Assembly (NCBI GenBank): GCA_964639845.1
Contig: CAZXHS010000007.1
Span: 140,940-204,939, forward strand
Source: an uncultured Desulfobulbus sp.
Lineage (GTDB): Bacteria > Desulfobacterota > Desulfobulbia > Desulfobulbales > Desulfobulbaceae
Length of the DNA stretch: 64,000 nucleotides
Direction of reading: 5' to 3'
A program made the translations under genes and the position numbers. Each line of letters begins with the position of its first letter. The first letter of the stretch is position 1. Under the pieces are notes generated by a model. That model did no database searches and had not been told where the DNA came from. It saw nothing but the letters and a program-made list of their open reading frames with translations. Below, piece by piece: positions 21,863-31,448 of the stretch.

Positions 21863-22426
21863 ATGTACACAGCTTCAGATTTGCGCAAAGGGTTGAAGAT
21901 TCAGATCGACGGTGAACCCTATATTGTCACGGAGTTCGATTTTTCCAAGCCCGGCAAGGGGCAGGCCCTGTACCGCACCAAAATGCGGAATATGATCACC
22001 GGGGTGCAGTTCTCGCAAACCTACCGATCCAACGATAAGTTTGATCGCCCCAACCTGGAAGAACGCAAGATGCAGTTCCTCTATGCCCAGGACGGCGAGT
22101 ATCACTTCATGGATACCGCCTCCTACGAGCAGATTTTTCTCACTAAAGAACAGCTCGGCGACAACCTCAACTTCCTCATTGACAACATGGAGGTGGAGGT
22201 ACTGTTTTTCGGGGATCGGCCCATCGACATCACCATCCCCACCTTTGTCAATCTGGAGGTGACCGTGGCCGATCCATGGGCTAAGGGAGACACCTCCGGC
22301 TCGGATACCAAACCGGTCACCGTGCAAACCGGCTTTCAGTTGCAGGTGCCACCCTTTGTCGAGCAGGGTGACAAAATCCAGATCGATACCCGCACCGGAT
22401 CCTACATCACCCGCGTCAAAGAATAA
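21863..22426 (+). CDS. efp: Translation elongation factor P
   Basis: KPGKGQA loop with the modifiable Lys; DTRTGSY. Confidence 0.97.
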   Translation: MYTASDLRKGLKIQIDGEPYIVTEFDFSKPGKGQALYRTKMRNMITGVQFSQTYRSNDKFDRPNLEERKMQFLYAQDGEYHFMDTASYEQIFLTKEQLGDNLNFLIDNMEVEVLFFGDRPIDITIPTFVNLEVTVADPWAKGDTSGSDTKPVTVQTGFQLQVPPFVEQGDKIQIDTRTGSYITRVKE

Positions 22427-22431
22427 ATTTC

Positions 22432-23352
22432 ATGCTCACGCCCGAAGGCCTGCGGCACCGTTCCCGGCTGCTGCAGGCCATCCGCTCATTTTTCGATGAG
22501 CGTGCCTTTATTGAAGTCGATACGCCCCAGCGCTTACCTGTTCTCATCCCCGAATCCAACATCATTCCCTTTGCCAGCGAAGACTGTTACCTGCAAACCT
22601 CGCCGGAGCTGTGCATGAAACGTCTGCTGGGCCTTGGTTGCGAGCGGATTTTTCAGATCTGCCATTGTTTTCGCAAGGAGGAACTGGGACGGCTGCATCA
22701 GAGTGAATTCACCATGTTGGAGTGGTACCAGAAGGGGGGGGATTACCGGATGCTGATGGCGCAATGCGAGGAACTGTTGCGCTTTGTGGCCGGTACCCTG
22801 GCAGATCTGCCTGGGGTTAGCGAGACTGGCCAGGGTATTCGGCACCAGGACCAGATCATCGACCTGGCCTCCCCCTGGGAGCGCATCACGGTGGCCGAGG
22901 CCTTTAGGCGTTACGCCGGCGTCGATGTGTTTAAGGCCCAGCATGAGGACCGCTTCGATGAACTTCTGGTCACCGCAGTTGAGCCGCAACTCGGGCAAAA
23001 ACGGCCGACGTTTTTGCACGATTACCCGGTGGAACTCGGTTCACTGGCGCGGCACAGGCCGCAGCAGCCGGAGGTGGCGGAACGCTTTGAACTCTATGTG
23101 GCCGGTGTGGAGATTGCCAACGGTTTTTCTGAACTGGCCGATGCCAACGAGCAACGACAGCGCTTTCAGGGGGAATTGGAAAGAATTCAGGCGAGTGGCA
23201 GGAGAGGGTGCATGCCGGAAAAATTACTTGCGGCCCTCCCAGCCATGGGGGAGGCTGCTGGTATTGCTCTGGGTGTGGATCGGCTGTTGATGCTGTTGCT
23301 GGGTAGTACCACGTTGTCAGCGGCGCTCCCTTTCCTTTTTGAGGAGTTGTAA
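22432..23352 (+). CDS. epmA: EF-P beta-lysyltransferase (GenX/PoxA)
   Basis: YLQTSPELCMKRLL, EFTMLEWY and ERFELY; LysRS catalytic domain only; adjacent to efp. Confidence 0.92.
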   Translation: MLTPEGLRHRSRLLQAIRSFFDERAFIEVDTPQRLPVLIPESNIIPFASEDCYLQTSPELCMKRLLGLGCERIFQICHCFRKEELGRLHQSEFTMLEWYQKGGDYRMLMAQCEELLRFVAGTLADLPGVSETGQGIRHQDQIIDLASPWERITVAEAFRRYAGVDVFKAQHEDRFDELLVTAVEPQLGQKRPTFLHDYPVELGSLARHRPQQPEVAERFELYVAGVEIANGFSELADANEQRQRFQGELERIQASGRRGCMPEKLLAALPAMGEAAGIALGVDRLLMLLLGSTTLSAALPFLFEEL

Positions 23353-23385
23353 GCGTTTTCTTTGTTTTTTTCGTGTTTGCCTATA

Positions 23386-24069
23386 CTATGGCAGTACCGG
23401 CCTGGCGCCAGAGTTTGGGATGCTGATGATCTCCCGTGACGGCATCAGCACCGCTGTCAGATGCCCTTGATACACGGCTCCGGTGTCGATGCCAATCCGA
23501 TTTTCGGTGATAAACGGTTCGTCGAAAACAGTATGGCCAAAGACGACAGGCTTGCCGAAATCGTAGTTGCTGTGGAAAAACTGTTCCCGCGCCCATAAAC
23601 ACCACTGCGATGTTTGCTGGGCGAGGTGACGACCCGGTTGCAAGCCGGCATGCACATAGATGGCATGTTCATCCTGCCACCACAACGGCAGATTGTAAAA
23701 AAAAGCCCGGTGTTCAGCGGGGATTTTTTCGTCGATTTCCTGGCGGCCGGATGCCGGATGCAGTTCATAGCTTGGCAGGGTGTGCAGGCCGCCGACCTGG
23801 AGAAAAACCGAGATATCGCCTCCACGCAGATACTGAGTGAAGAGAAAATCATGGTTGCCCATCAATGGGATGATGCGGTGTGTTTTTTGCCGCTGCAAAG
23901 CGATGATGGTTTCCACTACCTCGCGGGATTGCGGCCCGCGATCCACATAATCGCCTAAAAAAACGATTGTACTGGCTAGGGGTAACACTAATTCAAGCAA
24001 TGCCACCAGTGGCTGGTGGCTACCGTGAATATCTCCGATGACACAGGTCGTGGGCACTAACTGAGACAT
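23386..24069 (-). CDS. PPP-family (PrpA/lambda-type) metallophosphoesterase
   Basis: GDIHG, GDYVDRG, GNHD, VHAG, FGHT and IDTGA. Confidence 0.88.
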   Translation of the reverse strand: MSQLVPTTCVIGDIHGSHQPLVALLELVLPLASTIVFLGDYVDRGPQSREVVETIIALQRQKTHRIIPLMGNHDFLFTQYLRGGDISVFLQVGGLHTLPSYELHPASGRQEIDEKIPAEHRAFFYNLPLWWQDEHAIYVHAGLQPGRHLAQQTSQWCLWAREQFFHSNYDFGKPVVFGHTVFDEPFITENRIGIDTGAVYQGHLTAVLMPSREIISIPNSGARPVLP

Positions 24070-24098
24070 ATAGTTCAACTGCAAGGGTTGGTAAAAGA

Positions 24099-25682
24099 AT
24101 GGGAATGGATATCAAGCAACGCCAGTTACTGAAAAAATATGTCGATCTCATCATTCATCGCTGGTTGCTGATCAGCGCCTGCCTGTTGCTGGGGGTGACC
24201 ATTGGCTTGGGCTACTATATCTATGTGCCGAAAACCTATCAAAGTGTGGCATTGTTAAGCTATGAATCGCAGCAGATCGGTCCCGGCAAAATGGATCCCG
24301 AACAGGGCCGTTTGCGCTTACAGGACTCTCTGGCCACCTTACGGGAATTGGTAACCAGTCGAAACAGTCTTGAAAAGGTCATTCAGCAATTTTCGCTCTA
24401 CGAAGAGGCAAGAAAAAAACTGCCTATCGAAGATGTCATTGAGATGATGCGAAAAGCCATTGAGATCAAGCCTCAGGCCAAGGGGGATATTTTTAGCGTC
24501 GTTTTTCAAGGCGGTGATCCGCAAAAGGTGGTTCGGGTGACCAATGGCCTGGCGTCTCTCTTCATTGAAGAAAATCTGAAATACCGCGAGGAGCGGGCAA
24601 CGGAAACCTCCCAGTATACGGAAAAAGAGCTGGCGCTCTCCAAAAAAGTGCTCGATGAAAAAGAGCAGCAAATGCGCGACTATAAGCTCAAATATTACAA
24701 CGAGATGCCCGATCAGCGCCAGAGTAATCTCACGCAAATGCAGACTCTGATCAAGCAAAATCAGGAAACGCAAAATTCCATTTTGGAACTGGAGCGGACC
24801 AAGGTGATGGCGCAGGAACAGGCTCGCATGCAACAGCAGCTTGCCAACTTGAGCGTTCCGCCAACAACATCGGCAAACGCGCTTTCCAACCACCCCGAGA
24901 CAGATGCAGAGCGATTGCAACGCCTCAAGGCCTACCTTGGCCAGTTGCAAGGCAAGTACACCGAGAAACACCCGGAGGTTTGGCGCACCAAACAGATGAT
25001 TGCCCAGTTGGAGGCCAAGGGGGTTACTCCTGGACAGCCAGCTGCGGCCGGCAAGGTTGATGGACCTAATCGAGGGGCCGTGGCCGCCAGCCTGGAAGGG
25101 CAACGCTTGCAAGCGCAGATTAAGCAGATCGATATCAATGTGGAACAGTTGCGCCAGACTCAGGCCAATTTGCCGGCACAAATTGCCCAATATCAACGCT
25201 GGATTGATGCCGCTCCCATACGCGAGGCAGAGTGGAATTCCCTCACCCGGGATTATAATGAGTTGCGTCGCCATTATGATCAATTGGTAGCCAATAACCT
25301 GCAAGCGCAATCGGCAGAAAATTTGGAGCGCAATCAACGGGGCAGCAAGTTTAAGATCGTCGATTCCGCCCGCATTGCTGATAAACCCTTTAAGCCCAAT
25401 TTTCTGAAAATTCTGCTGGTTGCCGTGGCTGGTAGCCTGGGGCTCAGTGTGGGGGTCATCTTCTTGCTCGATTTTATCGACACATCCTTCAAGGACGTTG
25501 GTGAGCTCGAAGAATATATCGGGGTGCCGGTGGTCTGTGCCATTCCCTTTGTGGAACGAGAGAGTGAAATTCGCCGGGATCGCCTCTTTTTTCTTATCAG
25601 TTTGACCCTTGTTTGTCTGTATGCCGTATGCCTGATGAGTGCTTTGGCGTTTATGTGGTACAAGGGCATGATCATTGTGTAA
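24099..25682 (+). CDS. Polysaccharide chain-length determinant (GumC/Wzc N-domain)
   Basis: Two terminal TM regions, long coiled coil, YTEKHPEV and KPFKPN. Confidence 0.85.
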   Translation: MGMDIKQRQLLKKYVDLIIHRWLLISACLLLGVTIGLGYYIYVPKTYQSVALLSYESQQIGPGKMDPEQGRLRLQDSLATLRELVTSRNSLEKVIQQFSLYEEARKKLPIEDVIEMMRKAIEIKPQAKGDIFSVVFQGGDPQKVVRVTNGLASLFIEENLKYREERATETSQYTEKELALSKKVLDEKEQQMRDYKLKYYNEMPDQRQSNLTQMQTLIKQNQETQNSILELERTKVMAQEQARMQQQLANLSVPPTTSANALSNHPETDAERLQRLKAYLGQLQGKYTEKHPEVWRTKQMIAQLEAKGVTPGQPAAAGKVDGPNRGAVAASLEGQRLQAQIKQIDINVEQLRQTQANLPAQIAQYQRWIDAAPIREAEWNSLTRDYNELRRHYDQLVANNLQAQSAENLERNQRGSKFKIVDSARIADKPFKPNFLKILLVAVAGSLGLSVGVIFLLDFIDTSFKDVGELEEYIGVPVVCAIPFVERESEIRRDRLFFLISLTLVCLYAVCLMSALAFMWYKGMIIV

Positions 25683-25704
25683 GGCGTAAGGATCATAAAA
25701 AAAC

Positions 25705-26631
25705 ATGTATACCAAATATTACGGACTGACAAAAAAGCCTTTTTCCCTGACCCCTGACCCGCAGGTCGTCTTCATGAGCGAGACGCATCAGGAAGGGTTG
25801 GCTATCCTGAAATACGGCATTCTCAGCAAAAAATGTTTCCTGGTGTTGACTGCCGATGTGGGGTCCGGCAAGACGACCTTGCTGCAGGCCTTGGTAGCCA
25901 GTCTTGAGCACGATGTGCATCTCAGCGTTCTCAATAATCCCATTTTGTATCGGGACGAATTCTTTTCCTACCTGGCCAAGCAGCTCGGGCTCGGCTGGGA
26001 TGGCAATAAGGCTATGTTTTTGATCGAATTCGCCAAGATGCTCAAGATTTGTCACGACAAGGGCGAACGGGTGCTACTCATTTTTGATGAAGCCCATGTG
26101 CTGCCTGTGGATTTGTTGGAAGAAATTCGCCTGTTGTCGAATCTTGAGGAGATGGGCCAGGATGTTCTTTCGATCTTTCTGGTCGGGCAACCGGAGCTCA
26201 ATGAGCGCATGAGCGATGATCGCTTACTGCCGTTGCGGCAGCGGATCGGTATTCGTTTTCACTTGAACCGTTTCACCTTGGATGAAACGCGACAATACAT
26301 CCTGTTTCGGCTGCGTCATGCTGGAGCGCGGCATTTCAATCTCTTCGCTGATGACGCGGTGGCACTTATTCATAAGGTCAGTCAGGGGACACCACGCCTC
26401 ATCAATATTATCTGCGATCATGCCCTGCTTACCGGATTTGCCGAAAACCAACCAACCATCGACGCTAAATTGATCCAGGAAAGTGTGGATGATTTGCATT
26501 TTCCCGGCGAAGATGCGCCACTTCCTGTTGCCGCCTCAGTCCACAAGCGGCATTGGCCGCAGGTGATCATGGCGCTGGGGGGGGCATCGGCGGTGGTGGT
26601 GGCTGTGGCGTGGTGGTGGCTGTGGCGCTGA
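25705..26631 (+). CDS. ExeA-family AAA ATPase (PEP-CTERM/EPS-locus type)
   Basis: YYGLTKKPFSLTPDP, GSGKTTL, DEAH, LVGQPEL and GTPRLIN; C-terminal TM. Confidence 0.88.
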   Translation: MYTKYYGLTKKPFSLTPDPQVVFMSETHQEGLAILKYGILSKKCFLVLTADVGSGKTTLLQALVASLEHDVHLSVLNNPILYRDEFFSYLAKQLGLGWDGNKAMFLIEFAKMLKICHDKGERVLLIFDEAHVLPVDLLEEIRLLSNLEEMGQDVLSIFLVGQPELNERMSDDRLLPLRQRIGIRFHLNRFTLDETRQYILFRLRHAGARHFNLFADDAVALIHKVSQGTPRLINIICDHALLTGFAENQPTIDAKLIQESVDDLHFPGEDAPLPVAASVHKRHWPQVIMALGGASAVVVAVAWWWLWR

Positions 26632-26805
26632 CGCTGCGTCACACGTTGCTGGGTTCATCGTTGTGGTCATCGGGATGGCGGATGTTATAGGTGCCTGAGT
26701 ATCCCGCGTTTGTGTGGTTGAGTGTTGTGTAATGTAATGTATCAATGTTGCGACTAAGAAGTTTCTGGTTTCTGGTCTCAGAAACCGCCATCTGCGGAGG
26801 TTGAT

Positions 26806-27678
26806 GTGGGGAAGGTATTTAACGCGTTGAAACGTGCCGATGAATCGAGCAACGCTGGCGGGGTGGAGTCGAAACCAACACTGCCTCCAGATCTCAGCGA
26901 TCCCAGATCTACCGTGGAACTCAGCTCTGATGCGGGGATGGTTCAGGACTTTGATCGCCCCTCCACACCCGGACAATGGGATGATCGTCTGGCCCTCTCC
27001 ACCACCACCAATGGACCCATTGCCGAGAGTATTCGGGCCCTGCGTACCCGCATCCTCTATCCCCATGATGGACCCGTACCGCGAAGCATCCTGGTGACCA
27101 GTGCGGCTCCGGGTGAGGGGAAGAGTTTCATCTGCGCCAATCTCGCTATCTCGCTGGCGCAGGGGGTGGATAACTATTGCCTGCTGGTTGATTGCGATAT
27201 GCGTCGGCCCACCCAACATACACTCTTTGGCCTGCCCAATAACGCCGGGCTTGCCGATTATTTGCAGCACAAGAAAAAGCTTTCGGAAGTGCTGGTACCT
27301 ACCGGGGTGGAGAAGTTATCTATCCTGCAAGCAGGTCCCCGATCGATCAACCCCGCCGAGTTACTCAGTTCGGCCTCGATGATCAGTTTGGTCGATGAGA
27401 TCTCCAAGCGCTACGAGGACCGCATTGTGGTTCTTGACAGCCCTCCCCTGCATGCCGCCAGCGAAACTGCGGTACTGGCGCAGCATGTCGATGGTGTGGT
27501 GTTGGTTGTCCGTTACGGTGCTTCGCGCCGTGAATATGTCAAGGCCTTGGCTGACACCATCGGCCGAGAGAAAATTCTGGGCGTGGTGTTCAATGCCTAT
27601 AAGGCAACCATGCTTGATTACAAGGTTTTTGGCTATTACGAATACCAGCAGGAGTATTACGGCAATCGCCTGCGGTAA
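26806..27678 (+). CDS. BY-kinase (CpsD/CapB-type polysaccharide tyrosine autokinase)
   Basis: PGEGKS, VDCDMRRP, LDSPP and a C-terminal Tyr cluster GYYEYQQEYYG. Confidence 0.9.
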   Translation: MGKVFNALKRADESSNAGGVESKPTLPPDLSDPRSTVELSSDAGMVQDFDRPSTPGQWDDRLALSTTTNGPIAESIRALRTRILYPHDGPVPRSILVTSAAPGEGKSFICANLAISLAQGVDNYCLLVDCDMRRPTQHTLFGLPNNAGLADYLQHKKKLSEVLVPTGVEKLSILQAGPRSINPAELLSSASMISLVDEISKRYEDRIVVLDSPPLHAASETAVLAQHVDGVVLVVRYGASRREYVKALADTIGREKILGVVFNAYKATMLDYKVFGYYEYQQEYYGNRLR

Positions 27679-27853
27679 ATACTGCACATGGGCAGGTGAT
27701 GTTCACTGATGTTCATTTTTTCTGTGGCTGATTTTCATTTAGACTGATATGTTGCTGCACTTTTTCTCATGCGCAAAGCAGCGTGAAAAAGCCCTTTCGG
27801 CCGTAGCATTGTTTGAAAGCAGCAAATAATCAGACCACAAAGAGGACTTGGAC

Positions 27854-28453
27854 ATGCACTCTGGTAAAAGAAATTTAACTGGCTCGGAGGCCTTGCAGCG
27901 TTTGTTGGATGGCAACAAACGGTTCATGAGCGGCAAGCTGGAGCATCCCAATCACTGTGAGGAGTCCCGACGCGGCTTGGTCAGCGGACAGGATCCCCTG
28001 GCGGTCGTCCTCACCTGCGCAGACAGCCGGGTACCTCCGGTTGATGTTTTTGATCAGGGATTGGGCGATATTTTCGTGGTTCGCGTAGCCGGTAACATCA
28101 TCAATGACCAAATTCTTGGCAGTATTGAATACGCCGTAGCTCATCTGCACACTCCGCTGGTCATGGTCATGGGGCACAGCTCCTGTGGTGCGGTGAGTGC
28201 GGTTGCCCAGGGCGTCAAATTGGATGGCCACATTGCCAGTCTTACCCCCTCCATTGATGCGGCTTTGAAAAAAACCAAGGGGCTGGAAGGGCATTGGACC
28301 AACAATGCCGCCAGAGTGCTTGCTAGCACAACCGCCCGGAAGATCGCTGAATCCGAACCAATCATCGCTGACTTGGTGCATGAGGGAAAGGTGTTGGTGG
28401 TGGCCACCTACTATGATTTGGAATCAGGGGAAGTCGTCGTTCTGCCGAGTTGA
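27854..28453 (+). CDS. Beta-class carbonic anhydrase
   Basis: CADSRV, RVAGN and GHSSCGAV zinc ligands. Confidence 0.93.
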   Translation: MHSGKRNLTGSEALQRLLDGNKRFMSGKLEHPNHCEESRRGLVSGQDPLAVVLTCADSRVPPVDVFDQGLGDIFVVRVAGNIINDQILGSIEYAVAHLHTPLVMVMGHSSCGAVSAVAQGVKLDGHIASLTPSIDAALKKTKGLEGHWTNNAARVLASTTARKIAESEPIIADLVHEGKVLVVATYYDLESGEVVVLPS

Positions 28454-28489
28454 TTGAGTGACGGCTGACGTCCCGGTTTTGCTGTTCCC

Positions 28490-28525
28490 GCGCCCGATTA
28501 CCATCCAGGTAACCGGGCGTTTTTT
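28490..28525 (+). terminator. Intrinsic terminator
   Basis: GCGCCCGATTACC-ATCCA-GGTAACCGGGCGT followed by a T-run. Confidence 0.75.
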
Positions 28526-28655
28526 ATATCTGTGCCCTGGCACATCACTTCGTGTTGTTTCGCTAACCAATCCTGTTGCCGCATAACGGCTCTTGTGCTA
28601 GTTATGCAAATAATCTTCATCCGTTATTCAACGCTTGAGGTGTAGGCCTTCGCTC

Positions 28656-30104
28656 ATGTCATTTCCACTCGATGAAATCATTCGGCGTTTGCAGCAGGAG
28701 GTCAGTACCTATCAGGTGCCGATTGTCGACCTGATTGCCGCCCAAACCAAGGACCCGTTCAAAGTGTTGGTGGCGACCATACTCTCCGCCAGGACCAAGG
28801 ATGAGGTCACTGCCCAGGCAGCTGCACGCCTATTTGCGCGGGCAACAACACCTACGGAACTGGCGCAACTGTCTCTGCAGGAATTGGAACAGCTGATCTA
28901 TCCGGTCGGTTTTTTTCGCAACAAGGCCGGCTATCTCAAGCAATTGCCGGGGGCGCTGGAGCAGCGTTTCAAAGGCCAGGTACCCGATACCATCGAGGAG
29001 TTGCTGCAACTTCCCGGTGTGGGACGTAAAACAGCCAATCTGGTGGTGGCGGTTGCCTTTGATAAACCGGCCATTTGTGTCGATACCCATGTGCATCGCA
29101 TCATGAATATCTGGGGGTATGTGCGCACCAACACCCCCCTGGAAACGGAAATGGCGCTGCGGGCAACCTTGCCGCAACGTTATTGGATCTTAATTAATGG
29201 ATTACTGGTGGCCTTTGGTCAGGGACTGTGCAAGCCGTTGCGGCCTCATTGTGATCGATGCGTGGTGGCCGATCTCTGCCCCCAGATCGGCGTGATCCCC
29301 CGGCAGGTGCGGGGGCAACAAAAAACGGAGATGAATATGGATGGGCTTCGCTTGGTATCTTGGAATGTCAATGGCTTGCGGGCGGCGTTGAAAAACGGTT
29401 TTGCCGATGCCATCGAGCAGTTGCGCCCCGATGTGTTAGCCTTGCAAGAAATCAAGGTCCAACCCGAGCAATTGGTCGATGCCGCAGGCCTGCTACCCGG
29501 TTATACGGGGTTTTGGTTTCCGGCGCTGAAGAAAGGCTACTCCGGAACGGCGGTATTCACCAAGATGACGCCCCTCCAAATTTTCCATGGGATGGGGGAT
29601 GATCGTTTCGACGATGAAGGGCGGGTGCTGACTCTGGAATTTGACGATTTTTTCCTGGTGAACAGCTATTCGCCCAATGCGCAGCCTGCGTTAAAACGGT
29701 TGGATTACAAAGAGGCCTTCAATCAGGCACTCCTGGCTTTTCTTCAGGACTTGCGGACACGAAAATCCGTTCTGCTCTGTGGAGATCTAAATGTGGCGCA
29801 CAAGGAAATTGACCTCGCCAACCCCAAGGCCAACACCAAAAACCCCGGTTTCTCTCCCGAGGAGCGCGCCTGGATGGACCGATTTGTTGATGCGGGTTTT
29901 GTGGATACCTTCCGGCAGTTCCATCAGGAACCGGAACAGTACACATGGTGGAGTTACCGCTTTAACGCCAGAGCCAAGAATATTGGCTGGAGGATTGACT
30001 ATTTTATGGTCGACGATTCCAGCCGGCAGCGCGTGGTAGAGGCGTCAATTCATAGCGAAGTGACCGGTTCCGACCATTGTCCGGTCAGCATCGTGTTCCG
30101 GTAA
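28656..30104 (+). CDS. Fusion of endonuclease III (HhH-GPD, 4Fe-4S) and exodeoxyribonuclease III
   Basis: N-half: LPGVGRKTAN, VDTHVHR, C-x6-C-x2-C-x5-C. C-half: SWNVNG, QEIK, GDLNVAH, WRIDY, SDHCP. No stop codon between them. Confidence 0.9.
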   Translation: MSFPLDEIIRRLQQEVSTYQVPIVDLIAAQTKDPFKVLVATILSARTKDEVTAQAAARLFARATTPTELAQLSLQELEQLIYPVGFFRNKAGYLKQLPGALEQRFKGQVPDTIEELLQLPGVGRKTANLVVAVAFDKPAICVDTHVHRIMNIWGYVRTNTPLETEMALRATLPQRYWILINGLLVAFGQGLCKPLRPHCDRCVVADLCPQIGVIPRQVRGQQKTEMNMDGLRLVSWNVNGLRAALKNGFADAIEQLRPDVLALQEIKVQPEQLVDAAGLLPGYTGFWFPALKKGYSGTAVFTKMTPLQIFHGMGDDRFDDEGRVLTLEFDDFFLVNSYSPNAQPALKRLDYKEAFNQALLAFLQDLRTRKSVLLCGDLNVAHKEIDLANPKANTKNPGFSPEERAWMDRFVDAGFVDTFRQFHQEPEQYTWWSYRFNARAKNIGWRIDYFMVDDSSRQRVVEASIHSEVTGSDHCPVSIVFR

Positions 30105-30125
30105 TTGCAGGAGAGGATTGTTGCC

Positions 30126-30782
30126 ATGAAGCCATATCGCATCATCATCGCCGATGATCATAGCCTGATTCGACAGGGGATCAAAACACTCATCGCCAGG
30201 GAGGCGTCGCTACAACTGGTGGCGGAGGCGGCTAACGGCCTCGAGTTGTTGCGCCTGTTGCGTCATCACGGTACCGATATGGTGATCCTCGACATAACCA
30301 TGCCGCAGCTCAACGGTTTGGAGGCTATGACGGAGATCCGCAAAATTACACCGGATATTGATATTCTCATGCTGACCATGCACACCAACAGTCAGTACTT
30401 CTTCCAGGCCATCACCGCCGGTGCCCACGGTTATCTGATTAAGGAGGATTCCGATGCCGAGCTGTTGCACGCCATAGCCACCATCCGCGGCGGGAAATCG
30501 TATATATCGCCCAGGCTCTCTGCAGATGTCACCGACGAGGTCATGATGGCCTTTCGCGATCAGGGCAAGGTGCCGATGGTAGTGCTTAGTGATCGGGAAA
30601 AGCAGGTACTCAAGCTGGTGGCACAGGGCTGTTCCAGCCGGAAGATTGGTGAATTGTTGCAGCTGAGCCCCCGGACCATCGATCATCACCGGGCCAGTCT
30701 GCTCAAAAAATTCAAGATGAAAAACACCGTGGATCTGGTGAATCACGTCGTCCGCAACACCCTTATCCTGCACAACGACTGA
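30126..30782 (+). CDS. NarL/LuxR-family response regulator
   Basis: ADDH and LDITMP receiver; LSDREKQVL...SPRTIDHHR HTH. Confidence 0.9.
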   Translation: MKPYRIIIADDHSLIRQGIKTLIAREASLQLVAEAANGLELLRLLRHHGTDMVILDITMPQLNGLEAMTEIRKITPDIDILMLTMHTNSQYFFQAITAGAHGYLIKEDSDAELLHAIATIRGGKSYISPRLSADVTDEVMMAFRDQGKVPMVVLSDREKQVLKLVAQGCSSRKIGELLQLSPRTIDHHRASLLKKFKMKNTVDLVNHVVRNTLILHND

Positions 30783-31128
30783 TCGGCCGGCGAAAATGGC
30801 TGCATCAATTCTCCCGCTCTTACCAGCCATGGGTCACTTTTCTGGCATGAGAGGTGGCATCTTTCATGATACCTGGCCGGTGCAGACGAAAAAAATGGTA
30901 GCGACTACGTTTTTTTTTGGCATGTACCAACCGCGTCCTGTGGTTTTAATGCCCTGATTTTGTGTGTTTGTGCTCGTTGCGTTCAGTATATTTACCTAGT
31001 AGTGCATGGGTAATCCCTACAATTGTCATTTTTTTACCCTCGCGTTTAATTGCCCCCTATGCCACGCCGGTCCAGTGTCAAGTGTCGGCGGCCACACCGG
31101 TTCAATGTCCACCATGCGAGGGAAGAAC

Positions 31129-31401
31129 ATGAACAAAAACGATCTCATTGAATCCATCGCGCTTTCAGCGCAAATCAGCAAAATAGCCGCAGAGCGCGGC
31201 CTTAATGGCTTGCTTTCCACCCTATCAACGGCAATGAGTGCTGGAAAGCGGGTCACTTTGGTTGGTTTTGGCAGCTTTATTGTGGTTGATCGCGCCCCAC
31301 GGAAAGGCCGCAACCCCAAGACCGGGGAAACCGTGGCCATTCCCCAGCGGCGGGTGGTGAAATTCCGTCCCAGTAAGGATCTCTCTGGCAAGGTGCAGTA
31401 A
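31129..31401 (+). CDS. hup: HU-family DNA-binding protein
   Basis: MNKNDLI, LVGFGSF and GRNPKTG. Confidence 0.9.
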   Translation: MNKNDLIESIALSAQISKIAAERGLNGLLSTLSTAMSAGKRVTLVGFGSFIVVDRAPRKGRNPKTGETVAIPQRRVVKFRPSKDLSGKVQ

Positions 31402-31448
31402 GCCAATCTCGGCAGGTCTGGCAGCCTTTTTCGGGGCTGCGAGACAGG

